Assembly (NCBI RefSeq): GCF_036321535.1 | Contig: NC_087436.1 | Span: forward strand, 10,602,001 to 10,666,000 | Source of the DNA: Camelus dromedarius | Lineage: Eukaryota | Direction: 5' to 3' | Length of the DNA stretch: 64,000 nt | Shown: positions 11,700 through 25,089 of the stretch, piece after piece | Layout: every line of letters starts with the position of its first letter | How positions within the stretch are numbered: position 1 is the stretch's first letter | Notes under the pieces: generated by a model | Databases searched by the model: none | What the model was told of the DNA's origin: nothing | The model's input: only the letters and a program-made list of their open reading frames with translations | Translations under genes and position numbers: made by a program

Positions 11700-14600
11700 A
11701 ATTTCCACTGTTTTCTAGTTTTCTAGTTTTCTGCCTGGGGGCCACTTCTGGACTCTGGTACAAGAGGAGAACAAAACCAGGACCTGGTTGTCCATTTTAG
11801 ATGAGGAGAGAGATTGAGGTGGAGAGAAATGAAGAGAACCAGAGATAAAAGACCTAAGGGAGAGGAAATCTATCTGAGGGTCTCCTAGAGTCTTCAGCGG
11901 CACACTAATTCACGTGGTCATGAGGCAACGCTCTGCAGGAAGAAGGAAGGTAAGAATAACTACCTGAGAGCTACAGACTGAGCAAACTCCAGAGGGTACA
12001 CAGGTTTTGAGGTTCAGCAAGTGAGAGAAGACAGCTTGTGGGATCATCACTACACAGCAGAGATCCCTGAACAATTATGCCTTAGAATAAATTCTACTCT
12101 AAACATGCCTTAAATAAAGCTTAAAAGCCAGCCTCTGGGGAAAAAAAAAACAAAAAACTAAACCTCAAATAAATTAACTGTTCACTGAAACCAATTTTCG
12201 TACTTTTTTTATTGAAGTATAGTCAGTTTACAATGTTGTGTCAACTTCTGGTGTATAGCATACATCTTTTTCATTATAGGTTACTACAAGATATTGAATA
12301 TAGTCCCCTGTGCTATACAGTATGAAATTCTTGTTTATTTTATATATAGTAGGTAGTATCTGCAAATCTCAAACTCCCAATTTATCCCTTCCCACCCCTG
12401 GGCATATATCTGGAAAAAACTCAAATTCAAAAACACACATAAACCCAAATGTTCACAGCAGCACTATTTACAATAGCCAAAACATGGAAACAACCCAAAT
12501 GTCTATCAAAAGATGACTGGATAAAGAAGATATGGTATATTTATACAATGGAATACTACTCAGCCATTAAAAAGAATGAAATAGTGCCATTTGCAGCAAT
12601 GTGGATGGACCTGGAGATTGTCTTTCAAAGTGAAGTAAGCCAGAAAGAGAAAGAAAAATACCATATGATATCACTTATATAGAGAATATTTAAAAAAACA
12701 CAAATGAACTTATTTATAAAAGAGAAAAGACTCACAGACATAGAGAACAAATGTTTGCACTTTTTAAAGGAAGAAAGCAACATCCAGATTCTCAACAATG
12801 GACTATTCATAATATCAGGCATTAACTAAACCATGATTAGACATATAAGCAAAATAGAATTCATAGTCAGGATTAAAATCAATGATGTAGCAAATCCAGA
12901 AATTACAGAGATGATGTATTTAGTAGACAAGCCATTATAATAGCTGTTACAAATTGGCTCAGAGGAAAACAAATGTAGGAGCAAAGAAATGCAAGATTTT
13001 TTTAAAAAAAAAAACAAGTGAAACATATTAAAAATACAACATCTGAAACAAAAATTCACTAAATAGATTCAAAACCAAATCATACATTACAGAAAAAAAT
13101 AAGTAAACTTGAACACATAATGAAATATCGTCTAAATTTTTGACAGAGAGAAAGAAAAAGACTGTAAAATAATAGGCAGGAAAGAAGTGAATGTGGGAGA
13201 AAATCAAGCAGTTTAACACTCAGACAGATGAAGGACCAGAAGGAAATGGGGGGGGGGGGCAGAAATTAACATTGGAAAAAACATGGTCAACATTTTCTAA
13301 AATTCATGACAATTAAATCCACATATCCAAGAAGCTTATCAAACCCCAAACTGAAGAAATATAAAGAAAAACAGACCCAAAGTCCAAATTTCTGAAAACC
13401 TTTAACTGAAAGGAAATCTTAAATAATGCTGGAGAGAAAAAGAAGACCCATCTAATACAAGACAGGAAAAATAAGAATTGCATGGACTTCTATTTAGTCC
13501 ACCTGGAAGAAACAAAAAAACAAACCTGTCAAGTCAAACTAAATACTGATGAAAATATCCTTCAAAAATAAAGGCAAAATAATGTTCACACAAATAATAA
13601 CAGAACATTTATGCCAGCAGTCCTGCATCACAAGAAATGTTAAAGGACGCTCATGAGGCAGAAGAAAAGTGACACCAGATGGAAATCTATATCCACACAA
13701 AGGTGTGATGAGAACTAGAGATGGTGTATGTATGAGTAACCATAGGAGACTTCTTTCTGTCTCGTTTACACATTTGTATTTAAAAATTGATTCTTTAAAA
13801 CAATGCATTGTGGAGTTTATCATATATATGTACATACATATGTATGCAACAGTAGGACAAAGGATGGGGAGAGGAATGGGGGGTCGTATCAACTTAAGGG
13901 TCTTCCATATGTAAAATACTCTCACATGTAAGGCAGTATGGTGATGGTTCCTATGGATATTTAAACACTGGAAATCACCATAAAAATAAAATAAAGGAAG
14001 ACAGCTAAGTAGCCAAAGATAGAGACAAAACTGAATTCTAAAAAGACTCAATCCTAAATAAGGCAAAGGAAAAGGGGGAGAGGGGGAGAACAAAAACAGA
14101 TGGGACAATAAAATATAGAGCAGGATGATAAATTGTAATCGCAGAGTACTGCTACTTATATTAAAGATATTGTCTGAACACTCCATCTGAAAGGCAGAAG
14201 TGGTCAGACCTTAGAAATACAGCAGGGGCAAACCACATGTAGTCTATGTAAGACACACTTCAAATGTAAAGACACACAGAGGTTACAGAGATACATCACA
14301 CAAACACTATTCAGAACAAACTAGAATTCAAACTTGAATTCAGCAAAAGCAGTATTATTAGTAACAGGGATATTTTAACATGTTAAAATGATTAATTCAT
14401 TAGGAAGAAATAGAAAAAACAGAAATATGTACATTATTAAGAGATCCTAAGTAAGGTAAACATTGATAGAACTGAAAGGAGAAGTAGGCAAATCGACAGT
14501 GATAGCTTGTGATTTCAATACTCTTCTTTCTGTAATTGACAACAGAGGTGGAAAAAAGTATCTCTTAAAGCAACGCTGTCAACCAGCTCCACCCAAGAAC

Positions 14601-16590
14601 TGCAGAATAGAAATCCTTTTCAAGTACACACAGAGCATTCACCAAGGTATATCAGACCCTGGGTAACAAAAATACTCAATGCACTTGAAAGATGAGAAAT
14701 AATCAAATATATGTCTTCTGATTACAAAAGTATAAAATTAGAAATCAATAAAAAGGAAATCTGTAAAATCCCCAAATAACTAGAAATCAACTAGTATATT
14801 TCAACAGAGCCCATGAGCCAGAGACGAAATCTCAAGGGCAGTATGTAAAAGGATAATATATCGTGAGCAAAAAACACTTATCCCAGGTAAGCATGTTAGT
14901 TTAACAATAAAAAAATTAACATATTGCTCCATAGGAAAGACTAAAAGAAAAAAACATGGTTGACTCAATTAATACAGAAAAAGCATTTAATAAAACTCAA
15001 CAGCTGTTGACAAAATTTTAGCAAATCATGAAGAAAAGGGAAGACTTTCCCTCAACTTGATAATGGATATTACGAACAATTTCTAGCTAACACCCCCTTA
15101 ATGAGAGACAAGCAAACAAACCAGTCAAGTGCTTTCCTCTCCGTGATCAGAAACAAGACCAGATGCTCACCTCCATAATTCCTAGTCAGTAGTGCCTTTG
15201 TTTTCAGAAAATATGATCAGGTAAGCAAACAAGCCTTAGCAATCTTGCAAAAAGCAATTAGAACTAAGCCAATTAAGACAAATTACCAAATTGAAAGTCT
15301 GTATATAAAAAAATGAATTGTATTTGTATACACTGCCCACAAATAATGATGAAATGTAATTTTCGAAACACTATTTACAATCGCATCCAAAAGCAAGAAT
15401 ACTTAGGGATAAATTAAATAAAGTATATGTAAGATTACAAAATATTGCTGGGAGAAAATAAAGAAGATTTAAATAAATGGATAAATAAATTATGTTTTTA
15501 GAGTGTCATTATTATGTCAATCGTCCCTAAATTTATTTATAGATTCAATGCAATTACAATCACAATCACAATCCTAGTAGGCTTTGTATAAAAATTGATA
15601 CACTAATTGTAAAGTTTATATGAAAATACAAAGAACCAAGATGCGAAATAAACTTTAATGAGAAAACAGCTGAGGAACTTGGATTTCGAGATTTCAAGAC
15701 TTAATATAAAGCTAAGTAATCAAAACTGTGTGGTATTAGTATATGGACAGACAAATGGGCCCAGGGAAACGAACATGAAGGTTTCAGATACAGCCACACA
15801 TCCGTGGTCAACTGGTCTTTCTGCATCGCCTCAAGTTAGCTCAACAAAGACAATGGCGTATCTTTTTAACAAATGATGCCATAATATCTGTATGTACATT
15901 TGGAAAGAAATGCATATTGGTCCTTAGGTCACACCATATATCTCATCCAAATTAGAACAAAGTATAAGGTCGAAAGCAATAACATTTCTTAAAGGAAGCA
16001 TAGGAGGAAAACTCTGTAATGTTAGGTAAGGCAAATATTTTTTTTCAGAAGAAAGCCATGGATATAAAAGAAAAAAAATTGATTAAAATAACTCAAATAA
16101 AACCACCATGTTTCAAAGAGTGTACTAAATAAATGAAAAGGTAAGCTATGGAATGGAAGAAATTAGATTATATAAATCATATATAACACATAACAAAACA
16201 TATTATGTAAATAATATATAATAACATACTTGTTTTTTCTACTCTACAGCTTATCTTTTCATTTCATACTGTGTTTTAATTATATATTAATTTCATGTTT
16301 AATATATATGATTATAAACATCTATGTCTATATTAATATGTCTACATTATCACCTAAACCTCTGTCTCTCTATTTCGACATACCTATACATTGCAAAAAA
16401 TGGTGAGAACTCTTATCACTCAATAATAAAAAGACAAAACCAAATATAAAATTGTCAAATTATTTTTATGGATGTTATACCAAATAAAATATACAATTGA
16501 TAATTATATAAAGAATTATTCAACATAATTAGTAGTCTGGAAATGCAAATCAAATCATAATTAGACACCATTACATACTCACTAATAAAG
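11700..16590 (+). mobile_element. Old, decayed L1M-type LINE-1 (5' region, ORF1, ORF2 remnants, start of 3' end)
   Basis: A-rich sense strand with recognisable ORF1 (atatccaagaagct..., gaaaatatccttcaaaaataaaggcaaaataa) and ORF2 (gaactgaaaggagaagtaggcaaatc, cagaaaaagcatttaataaaa, agattcaatgcaat, ggaaatgcaaatcaaa) remnants; many stops and deletions. Confidence 0.85.
12204..12752 (-). mobile_element. Young camelid L1, 5'-inverted (twin-primed), nested in the older L1
   Basis: 12204-12398 is the reverse-complement L1 3' end with poly-T; 12399-12752 is plus-strand ORF2 C-terminus (MFTAALFTIAKTWKQPKC...) and 3'UTR; degenerate TSD gtacttttt/gcacttttt. Confidence 0.9.
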
Positions 16591-16980
16591 GCATTCAAGA
16601 AAAATAATAACAATTATTATACTTACATTTATTATTATTTATATACAATTGTATAATTGATGTAATTCCCTGGTCCACTGAACGTCTGCATTTTATAGTG
16701 ACTTTTGCATACATATGCAAATATTTTGTTTACCAAAATAATAATGGACTCATCACAGAATGACACTGTGGTTTTCAAGACATAATACTTTGAATATAAC
16801 AAGACCTGGTGCTCTCAGAAGCCATATAGGTTATATTGCAAAATCCATTTACTATGTGTTAGTTCCCATAATTTTAAAATCTGTAGTCACATGAGAAGTT
16901 AATATAAATCTTTCTGAAATTGCCTGAGATTCTTTTAAAGTACTTGTGCTTATAATTTCCTATTGACCTCTCTTGTCTTC

Positions 16981-17646
16981 TTTTTTTTTTTTTAATTGAA
17001 GTATACTCAGTTACAATATGTCAATTTCTGGTGTACAGCACAATGTTTCAGTCATGCATAAACATACATATATTCCTTTTCATATTCTTTTTCATTAAAG
17101 ATTCTACAAGACATTGAATATACTTCCCTGTGCTATATAGAAGAAATTTGGTTTTTACCTATTTTTTATATAGTGGTTAATATTTGTAAATCTCAAACTC
17201 CCAGTTTATCCCTTCCCACCTCTTTTCCCCCAGTAACCATAAGATTGTTTACTATGTCTCTGAGTCTGTTTCTTTTCTGTAGTTTGTTCTGTCTTAAGTT
17301 TATTAGTGTCTTCTTTTTTCTTTTTTAGACTCCACATGTGAGTGATATCATATGGTATTTTTCTTTCTCTTTCTGGCTTACTTCACTTAGAATAATGATC
17401 TCTAGGTCCATCCATGTTGCTGCAAATGGCATTATCTTATTCTTTTTTATGGCTGAGTAGTATTCCATTGTATATATATACCACAGCTTCTTTAGCCAGT
17501 CATGTGTCGATGGACATTTAGGTTGCTTCAGTGTCTTGGCCATTGTAAACAGTGCTGCTGTGAACATTGGGGTGCATGTATTTTTTTTGAATTAGATTCC
17601 CCCCTGGATATATGCCCAGGAGTGGGATTGTTGGAGCATATGGTAA
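16981..17646 (-). mobile_element. Young camelid L1 3' fragment
   Basis: Poly-T at 16981; ORF2 C-terminus (ORF 17325-17567, MFTAALFTMAKTLKQPKC...YHMISLTCG); probable TSD gtcttct. Confidence 0.92.
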
Positions 17647-17653
17647 GTCTTCT

Positions 17654-18047
17654 ATACTCTGGCCTTCTCTGCTCTGCTCTGCATCCCAAGGTACAGCACT
17701 GACTCCAGGGACTTCTTTACCCTCTGGCCTTAGCTGGGTTTGGTAAGTACAGGGCAGCAGGAGTGGGTGGAGGGTGAGACGAAGTGAGGCCAGGTATTCA
17801 TTCTCCTCCTTCCCTCTCTGTGTCATTGCATTTCTAACAGCAGCTTCTCTCCTCTTCAGAGAGCACCTGCTGAGTGGTCCATCAGCTGCCATAGGTGTCT
17901 GCTCTTCCCTTCAGTGATCCCACTCTAAGTTCCCACTGCACGCCCCGCCATCCTTTTTGGTTCACTCAGCTCTGTCTCCTTTAAGTTCTTTTCATTAAAA
18001 CCATTTTGAACATGCCATCTACTTCTGCCACAACCCCAACTGATACA
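17654..18047 (+). mobile_element. ERVL LTR, LTR33-like
   Basis: ccctctggccttagctgggtttgg...cagcaggag...gtgaggccaggtattcatt, then attaaa and a ...ctgataca end, resembling LTR33. Confidence 0.65.
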
Positions 18048-18199
18048 ATAATCGTTATCATGAGCAGTATTTCGTGATGGACTTTCTTTCCTACGTGTGA
18101 GCAGACTGAAAACCTGACAGATTGGCGTCACATTTTTTCAATTTTTCACTGGAATGACATGAAATGAATTACCAATTGAGCACAAATCATTGAGTGATC

Positions 18200-19320
18200 A
18201 ATTGTCTTTGGTGCTTACTTGCTATGGTAAAAAAAAAAAGAAGTTATTGCAAAGATTATGGGATGAGATGATCGCTTCTGACTATTCTGAAGAGTACAGA
18301 CAAAAACAAATGTATGTTCCAAACACTGATCTCCCGATTCATGTCACAGGTGGAGATTCAGAAAATCTTAAGAGCAGCCTTAAAATAACCCTTTATATGT
18401 AAGGAGTAAAGGGAAGACAGGGTTGAAGATCAAATCCAGCATCTGACTGAGACTACAGAGTTATAATGTCACTGAAATGCACAACTTGCCTAATCATTTA
18501 TGCCCAAGGAAGGAAAATTTGTAGAGAAGGAGTGAGTAAATGACATTAGGGATCTAGATGCCGAGCAAAAGCACTCAAAGTTGAAATGTGGATCTAAAAA
18601 TCCTTCTGCAATGTTCTTACTAGTGGAGGCAGCTTTGCTCCTTCAGCTCAGGAAACCAATCATCCTTGCAAAGAAATGTTTCAGTGACTTTGCTTGGGTG
18701 GTTACCTCAAAAATAATATGCTGATTATTCTCAAGATCTGTCTTCACCACCCCTCACTGCCTTCAGTCTCATGATGAGACATATCTGCGTATTAACCAGA
18801 GAAAAAAGTGCATAGTCCTTGCCAAAGGGGGAAACTGTATACACTGAAGAAGTTGCAGGATCTTTGATAATTTCATTTGTCAAGAGCTAAGGATGAGAGT
18901 CAGGAAATATTCTAAAGATGTTACACAAAGGAAGAGAAACTGTGACATTGGAGTGATACTGGACTAAGCCAAAGCTATCAATGTGAGAGTGTTCACCAAG
19001 GATTCTGGATAAAATATGAGATAAAGCACCCGTGTGTCACGGGGATACATTTGAATCAAGTCACCACTGGGGTTTCCCAGTCCCTTAATTTCACCCTAGA
19101 CCTCAGTCACTTTACAGACCTGCAACATACTAACTTGGAGAGAGGTCTGGTGATTTTGCAACATGGCAACAAATACCCATCGTAAATCTTCCCCAAGCTT
19201 TCTCCAGAGGGAGTTTTGACTACTATGAAGGTGGAAAAGCTCTGGAAAAAGAGCATTCCTAGACCTTCTGTACAATCTAAGATCCAGGGAGGACCAACTG
19301 ACAACTGACCTCATCCTGCA
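18200..19320 (+). mobile_element. ERVL internal remnant (gag to protease region)
   Basis: Broken translations YTLKKLQDL..ILKMLHKGRETVTL..FTKDSG and LDLSHFTDL..VNLP resemble ERVL Gag motifs (YTPKEL..ILRVWDNGGRNIKLDQ..SRDS; PDLSQFTD..VNLSP); heavily frameshifted. Confidence 0.65.
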
Positions 19321-20579
19321 AAGATAAATGTTTTTTTAAAATAAATTATACTTCCTTTAATGTTGTACTCTTTTGAGGAAATTTTTGGAAAAGCGTCTTT
19401 TTTTTCCTTTCTGGGTTCTGCCTTTCATTGGAGATTTACAAGTGACAAACTGACAAGAGTGAATAGAAAAAACACCTGGAAAAGGAAAAGCCAACTGGAG
19501 GCCAGCTGCATTTTCTGAAAAGAAATACATAATAAGACATATCTGTTACTGTTTCCTCTATTTATAAATAATAGTATTTTCACTTTTTAGAAAAGGCCCA
19601 TTTTAAATTTAGATTTGAAAAGAATATTATTTTTGTATAATAACAAATGGAAATATTCCATAGAAAAAAGGGGAGTAACAACCTCCCCCCAAAAGATAGC
19701 GTTTTGGAGAAAAATGAGAATGTAGCCTGTGGTTTAAAAATTTAGAGCAGGAGTTAATGCACCTTTTCTACGGTTTTATAACCGCCAAGTGCAGCCAAGG
19801 CATTTTTAATATTCATCCTAAAAAGACTTTATTCTTATCGTAAATTCTGGCAGTGATGAAATGCTGCTCTACACCAACCTGGTATTAATAACCTGCCGTC
19901 TAGTCCTGCATCGTCTTCAAGATCAAACTACTGACACAAATGAAACATTAACCTTAATACAAAAGATTTGCCCTGATCATAGATGACATGTGTGAGTGTC
20001 GTCATCTTTTAATTACAATCCAACAACTCTGTGGGGTGTTTCCTGAAAGTCCAGAATGGTAGCTGGCCCTGCGGAGGGTGTAAGAAAGCACTAGGGAAGT
20101 GCACCACGGAGGGGGTAAGACATAAAAACAGCCTCTGTTTTGTAATTAAGATAACACAGTATCATATAAATCTGTGTGGCATCAATAATGTAGCATCATT
20201 TTCAGCATGAGTGAATCAGTACCTTTTAAAGAGGGAATGTTTTGCTGAGACGGTGAGATTGGAGTGTAGACTGGAAATATTCAGAAGGAAATACAGTGGA
20301 TGGAGGGGAAGGAGATGGTAAGAGAAGATAATTTGGAGTCTGTGAGAACACAAGGCTTTACTTTGTTCTGCAAGAAAAAAAAAAATGAGGGAAAGACGAA
20401 CAAATCCTACCATGAAAATCTGTGTGAGATTTTTATGGGAAGTTGAAGGGGAATAAATAATGGTGTGGGGGGTGGAAGATACAAACTTATCATCTTTTGT
20501 AGTAAAGAGTGCCAAGTTAATGGTTAATGTTTATGGAACCAGAAATAGAAGATTCTATATATACTTAAAGTTAACAAGG

Positions 20580-20939
20580 GGAGGAACTGAGCCAAGATGG
20601 CAGAGTAGAGAGACTCACAGCTCGCCCTCTCCCACAAATACACTGAGAACTACATCTACAAACCCACTGAATCACACAGAACATACTGAACTCTGGCAGT
20701 GTCTCTTGCTTCGAAACACAGAAGGATTCTCACAAAAATCCATTTCTGCTGTATAGCACAGGGAATTATATTCACTATCTTGTATTACCTATAATGAAAA
20801 AGAATATGAAAAGGAATATACATATGTGTATGTATGACTGAAACACGATGCTGTACACCAGATATTGACACATTGTAAACTGACTATACTTCGATATATT
20901 TTTATATATTTAACAAAGAAAAAAATAGTGTAAAAAAAA
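20580..20939 (+). mobile_element. Short L1 copy: ~160 bp of 5'UTR fused to the last ~150 bp of the 3'UTR plus A-rich tail
   Basis: Begins ggaggaactgagccaagatggc (YY1-type motif of L1 5' ends); after ~20742 matches the 3' ends of the young L1s at 12204, 16981 and 27479; TSD taaagttaacaagg (20566-20579) / taaagttagaagg (20940-20952). Confidence 0.85.
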
Positions 20940-21662
20940 TAAAGTTAGAAGGCTCTTGGTAGAAAATGAATCACAATAATCTTATTTAAAATATTAGAGT
21001 AGGGGTGGATAGAAATGATGGGGATTTAAAAATGAGCTATTTTTCATGTATCCTTCTGTGAGTCAAGGGCATTGACAAGAGTTAGACATGTTGAGTCATG
21101 GAGACTGATGAGTGCAAACCCTAAGAAAAGTAAAAGCAAGGATGGTTTCTAGGAATGCGTTGGAGCAGAGAACTGGAGTGGAATATTACTTCTTGAGATT
21201 ATATGCATGCATTTTGTTAATTAAATTTCCAATACATATATACTCCCTGAAAATGGGTATATTATCTCTTTAAAAATATTCGAATTCAGAGATATTTTAT
21301 TAAAAGTATCTTTCTCAACATTGTATTTATTAAAAAAGACACAACCAAAATATGTACAAGGAGGCACAGTGACTCCTCTGTGGCAGATATACTGAGGGGT
21401 CACCTTATTTTTGTACTTTTCCTAATGCTTCATTGTTCATATTTGCATCCAATTTTAACATATGTATAATGTGACTCATTCATCAACTCTATCAAAACAG
21501 TGACTTTCAGAAAATATTCAAAATACCAAGTACAATAGAAAGTCTTTTTGAAGCTAAAATGCTCAGTATGAGTTTACAGTAATATGTCTGCATTGCCTAA
21601 ATTATTAATTCTTTTGGTATGCAAGATACAATTAATGTCATAAAAATTGTTACCAATACAAA

Positions 21663-22690
21663 GAATAATAATAGTAAACTTTTACTGAGTCCTGAGTTAC
21701 AATTTTTTTCCTTGTGATGAGATGAAAGATTTACTCTCTTAGCAACTTTCAAATATACAACAAAGTATTAGCTGTAGACACCACTGTACATTACATCCCA
21801 ATGATTTATTTATTTTATAACTAAAAGTTTGTTTGTACCTTTTGATTCCCTTCACCCATTCTCCCCACCCCTCACCTCTGGCGACCACCAATCTGTTCTC
21901 TGTATCTATGCACTTGTTTTTTGTTTGTCTGTTTTTCTTTTTTTAGATCACACATATACTTGAGATTGTACACTATCTGTCTGTCTCTGACTTGTTTCAC
22001 TTAGCGTAATGTTCTCAAGATCCATTCATGTTGTCAAAAATGGTAAGATTTCATTCTTTATTATGGGTGAATAATATTCCACTGTATATATACATCACAT
22101 CTTCATCCATTCATCCATCAATGGGCATTTAGATTGCTTCCATATCTTGGCTGTAAACAATGCTGCAATGAACATAGGGGTGCACATATCTTTCCAATTA
22201 GTGTTTTTATTTTCCTTGGGTAACATCCAGAAGTGAAACTGCTGGATCATATGGTAGTTCTATTTTTAGTTTTTTAAGGAACTTCCATACTGTTTTCCAT
22301 AGAGGCTGCATCAATTTACATTCCCACCAGCAGTGCCCAAGGGTTCCCTTTTCTCCACATTCTCACCAACATTTGTCTTTTTGAAAACGGTAGTTTTAAC
22401 AGATGTGAGATGATACCTCATTGTGGTTTTGATTGCATTTCCCTAATGATGAATGATACTGAGCATCTTCACTGAGTCTTTAGTGTATACCAAGCACCAT
22501 GGTAATATCCTTACTTGCAATATTTTATTTAACCTTTACAAGCATTTTGTGAAATAGGCAATGATGTTACCTTCATTTTACAAAGGAGTAAACAAAGTTT
22601 TCAAGTGATGACAAAATTTAGCTATGATTCTAAGCTAGTATGTCTTAAAACTGAGATGTAAATTCTAGTTTTCTAACACTTGCGTGTTTA
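21663..22690 (-). mobile_element. MIR SINE interrupted by the L1 at 21694-22470
   Basis: aataataatagtaaacttttactgag|...gtgtataccaagcacc...cattttacaaaggagtaaac reconstitutes a reverse MIR when the L1 is removed. Confidence 0.6.
21694..22470 (-). mobile_element. L1MA-like LINE-1 3' fragment
   Basis: Reverse ORF2 end and 3'UTR (ttcccaccagcagtg...agggttcccttttctccaca; tactctcttagcaactttcaa); 10-bp TSD actgagtcct (21684-21693) / actgagtctt (22471-22480). Confidence 0.9.
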
Positions 22691-25089
22691 ATTCCTTTAC
22701 TGATCACTGTTCTTCCAAGCCAGTAGGAGAATTACCTTCTTATTTATCTTCCCTAGGTTTCAACTCTCCTGCCACATTTGTGGTGACTCTAGACACCAGT
22801 GCTTTTACTGTATTTGTGTATATGTATCAGATAACTTGATTTTTCACAAGTCCCTCTAGTAACCATAAAATTACAAGTTTCATTCAAAATCTGCAAAGAC
22901 TTTTATTTAAGTAGTAATATCTAGTAGGATTCAAGGAAGTGGGACCTTGGCTGTCAACTCCTGGCAGTAAGTAAAAAGTTGATAAAAACATCCCCAGAGG
23001 GAAACTTAATCCAAAATGTAAAAAAAAAAAAAAAAAAGTTTATACCTTTGCATTCTGCAATTCTACTTCTCAAAAGTTTTCATTAGATACAAATTAAGTT
23101 CATTGTAGTTTGGTTATAATATTGGTAAAAATAAGCATGCTAAATGTTTAAACAGAAGACTTCAAAAACTATCATGTTTCCATTCAATGATGCATCATCC
23201 AATTAATAAAGGTGAAGCTGTATAGAATATTTGATGCTACAGTCAGTGCCAAGAGAAAAATGAATACCTCCAGGTGGGACTATAGGCATGTTTCTTTTTC
23301 ATATTTGTGTTAAATGTTATTAATTGTATCCAAATGTTTACATCCTTATTTTTTGAAATAAAAATTAACTACTCAAGCAAGACATTCTGATATGGATTCC
23401 ATGTATCTATGGACTTCAGAAGGGATCCAGTGATGTTCTGAAACCTTATGAAAAATTTCCAGTCTCTGGGAATTTGTATATTCTTCTGTGGAGAAAGGCA
23501 GTATCTTACATAGAATTCTCAAAAGTAGCCAATAACTCAAACAAGTAACAGAACTATTAATCTAGATATTGCATTTGAAAGACATTAATTTAATTTGCTT
23601 TTGCTTGATTATTTTGGACCACTCTAAAATTCAAGATAAATTGTTCATGCATAATAAATCATCATCTACTCAAACAAGGCCTTTAGTGTCTATAGTCACA
23701 AAGAAAATGTCAAAATATTTATATGGCATTGGATTTATTAAATATTTATTATATAGTATATGTTTAATTCATTTATAGTCATCTATACTAAACAAGCTGT
23801 ATAATAAATAAATAAGGCCAGACTAATAAATCTTAATAGAGATAAATTTTCAACAAGTTTAAATAACTAAAACCTTAATGAAATTAGATCTAATTAGTAA
23901 GGTTTTATTACCAAAGTGAGTTGTTAAAAATGATACACGTTTTGGTTTGAATTAATGGTAACGAAATTCTTGTAGCTTAGCTATCTACCTCACTCATGGA
24001 TAATCTGCTTGATTACGATTTCTGAACAATTTGACAGATACCATTGTCTTGTTGACCTTGTTTCTACACTGCAGTTTGAGAGATGGAGAGACAGAAGAAA
24101 GCAGCTACAAAGATCTGTGTTTTCTGATACAGACAGCTAAGGAAAAGTGCTGCATGATTGAATTAGGATTCAGGGCCTGAGTACAATTATAGTTAATGTT
24201 AAGTGTGACTGTACTACAGAAATGCAAATGTAAAATGATAAGAAATACATGCCATTCACTTCCCAACTACTCTTCTTGGGCCTTTTGCCAGCCCAGTAGG
24301 TCTCCTCTCCAGCCTTCCATTGCTGGGCACTGCCATATGCTCTCTGGATGTCTTAAGTACCTCTCACCCCTCGGCCTCACTCCTCACTCTTCCTTCATGC
24401 CCACCTTACTAGAAAGCTCCCATTTTCCTATCCAAGTTATTCTCAAACCTTCATAAAAATCTCCAATTTTTAACAGATACTAGTTCAGGGCACTAAAGTT
24501 GAGTCTCACTGATGAATCTGTGAAGTTCCACCAAAAAAAAAATCTACGCAAGTTGTGTGTTTTTATACACGAACTATGTACATTAGGCCAAAATGTATAT
24601 CGTGCAAAATAAAAACGCATGTAAAATAGACAGTAACATTTCATTATTTCATTATAGGAAAATGACCATAAACATAAGTTGTACTGTGTTGTATAAGAAC
24701 TGCATTCTATCTGAATGAAATGTGTCATGTAAAACTGTGAATAACATGTGCAGCCATATTCTTAATATAAAGTTGTATTATAAGAAAAGAACCTTAAATA
24801 CAAACACTTGTGTGAGAGGCAGGGACTCTGCTATTTCTCCTTCCACGATTTCCTTCCATGCTAAGTGCAGCACAATGGATGCATTCTTTCCTCTGTGGAT
24901 GCATTCTCTAGTTTGTGAAGCAGAGGGCAAAAAGGCTAATGGGAGCTGAAATGCAGTCTGTGTTTACTTAACAAACCCTGAATCCTGGCACAGGGCCTGG
25001 CAAAGGAGAGAGATGTCTTTTTATTAACACAAAGGACACCTTTCTTTACCAAGCTGGGATTGGCAGGACTGTGCCTAACTAGAAAAATG

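Noticed and set aside
12449..12682. ORF MFTAALFTIAKTWKQPKC... (and its twin at 17325-17567)
   Set aside because: C-terminus of L1 ORF2 in truncated copies, not a host gene.
13539..14186. Longest ORF (215 aa, minus strand)
   Set aside because: Antisense of an A-rich old L1; the hydrophobic, low-information translation is typical of such strands.
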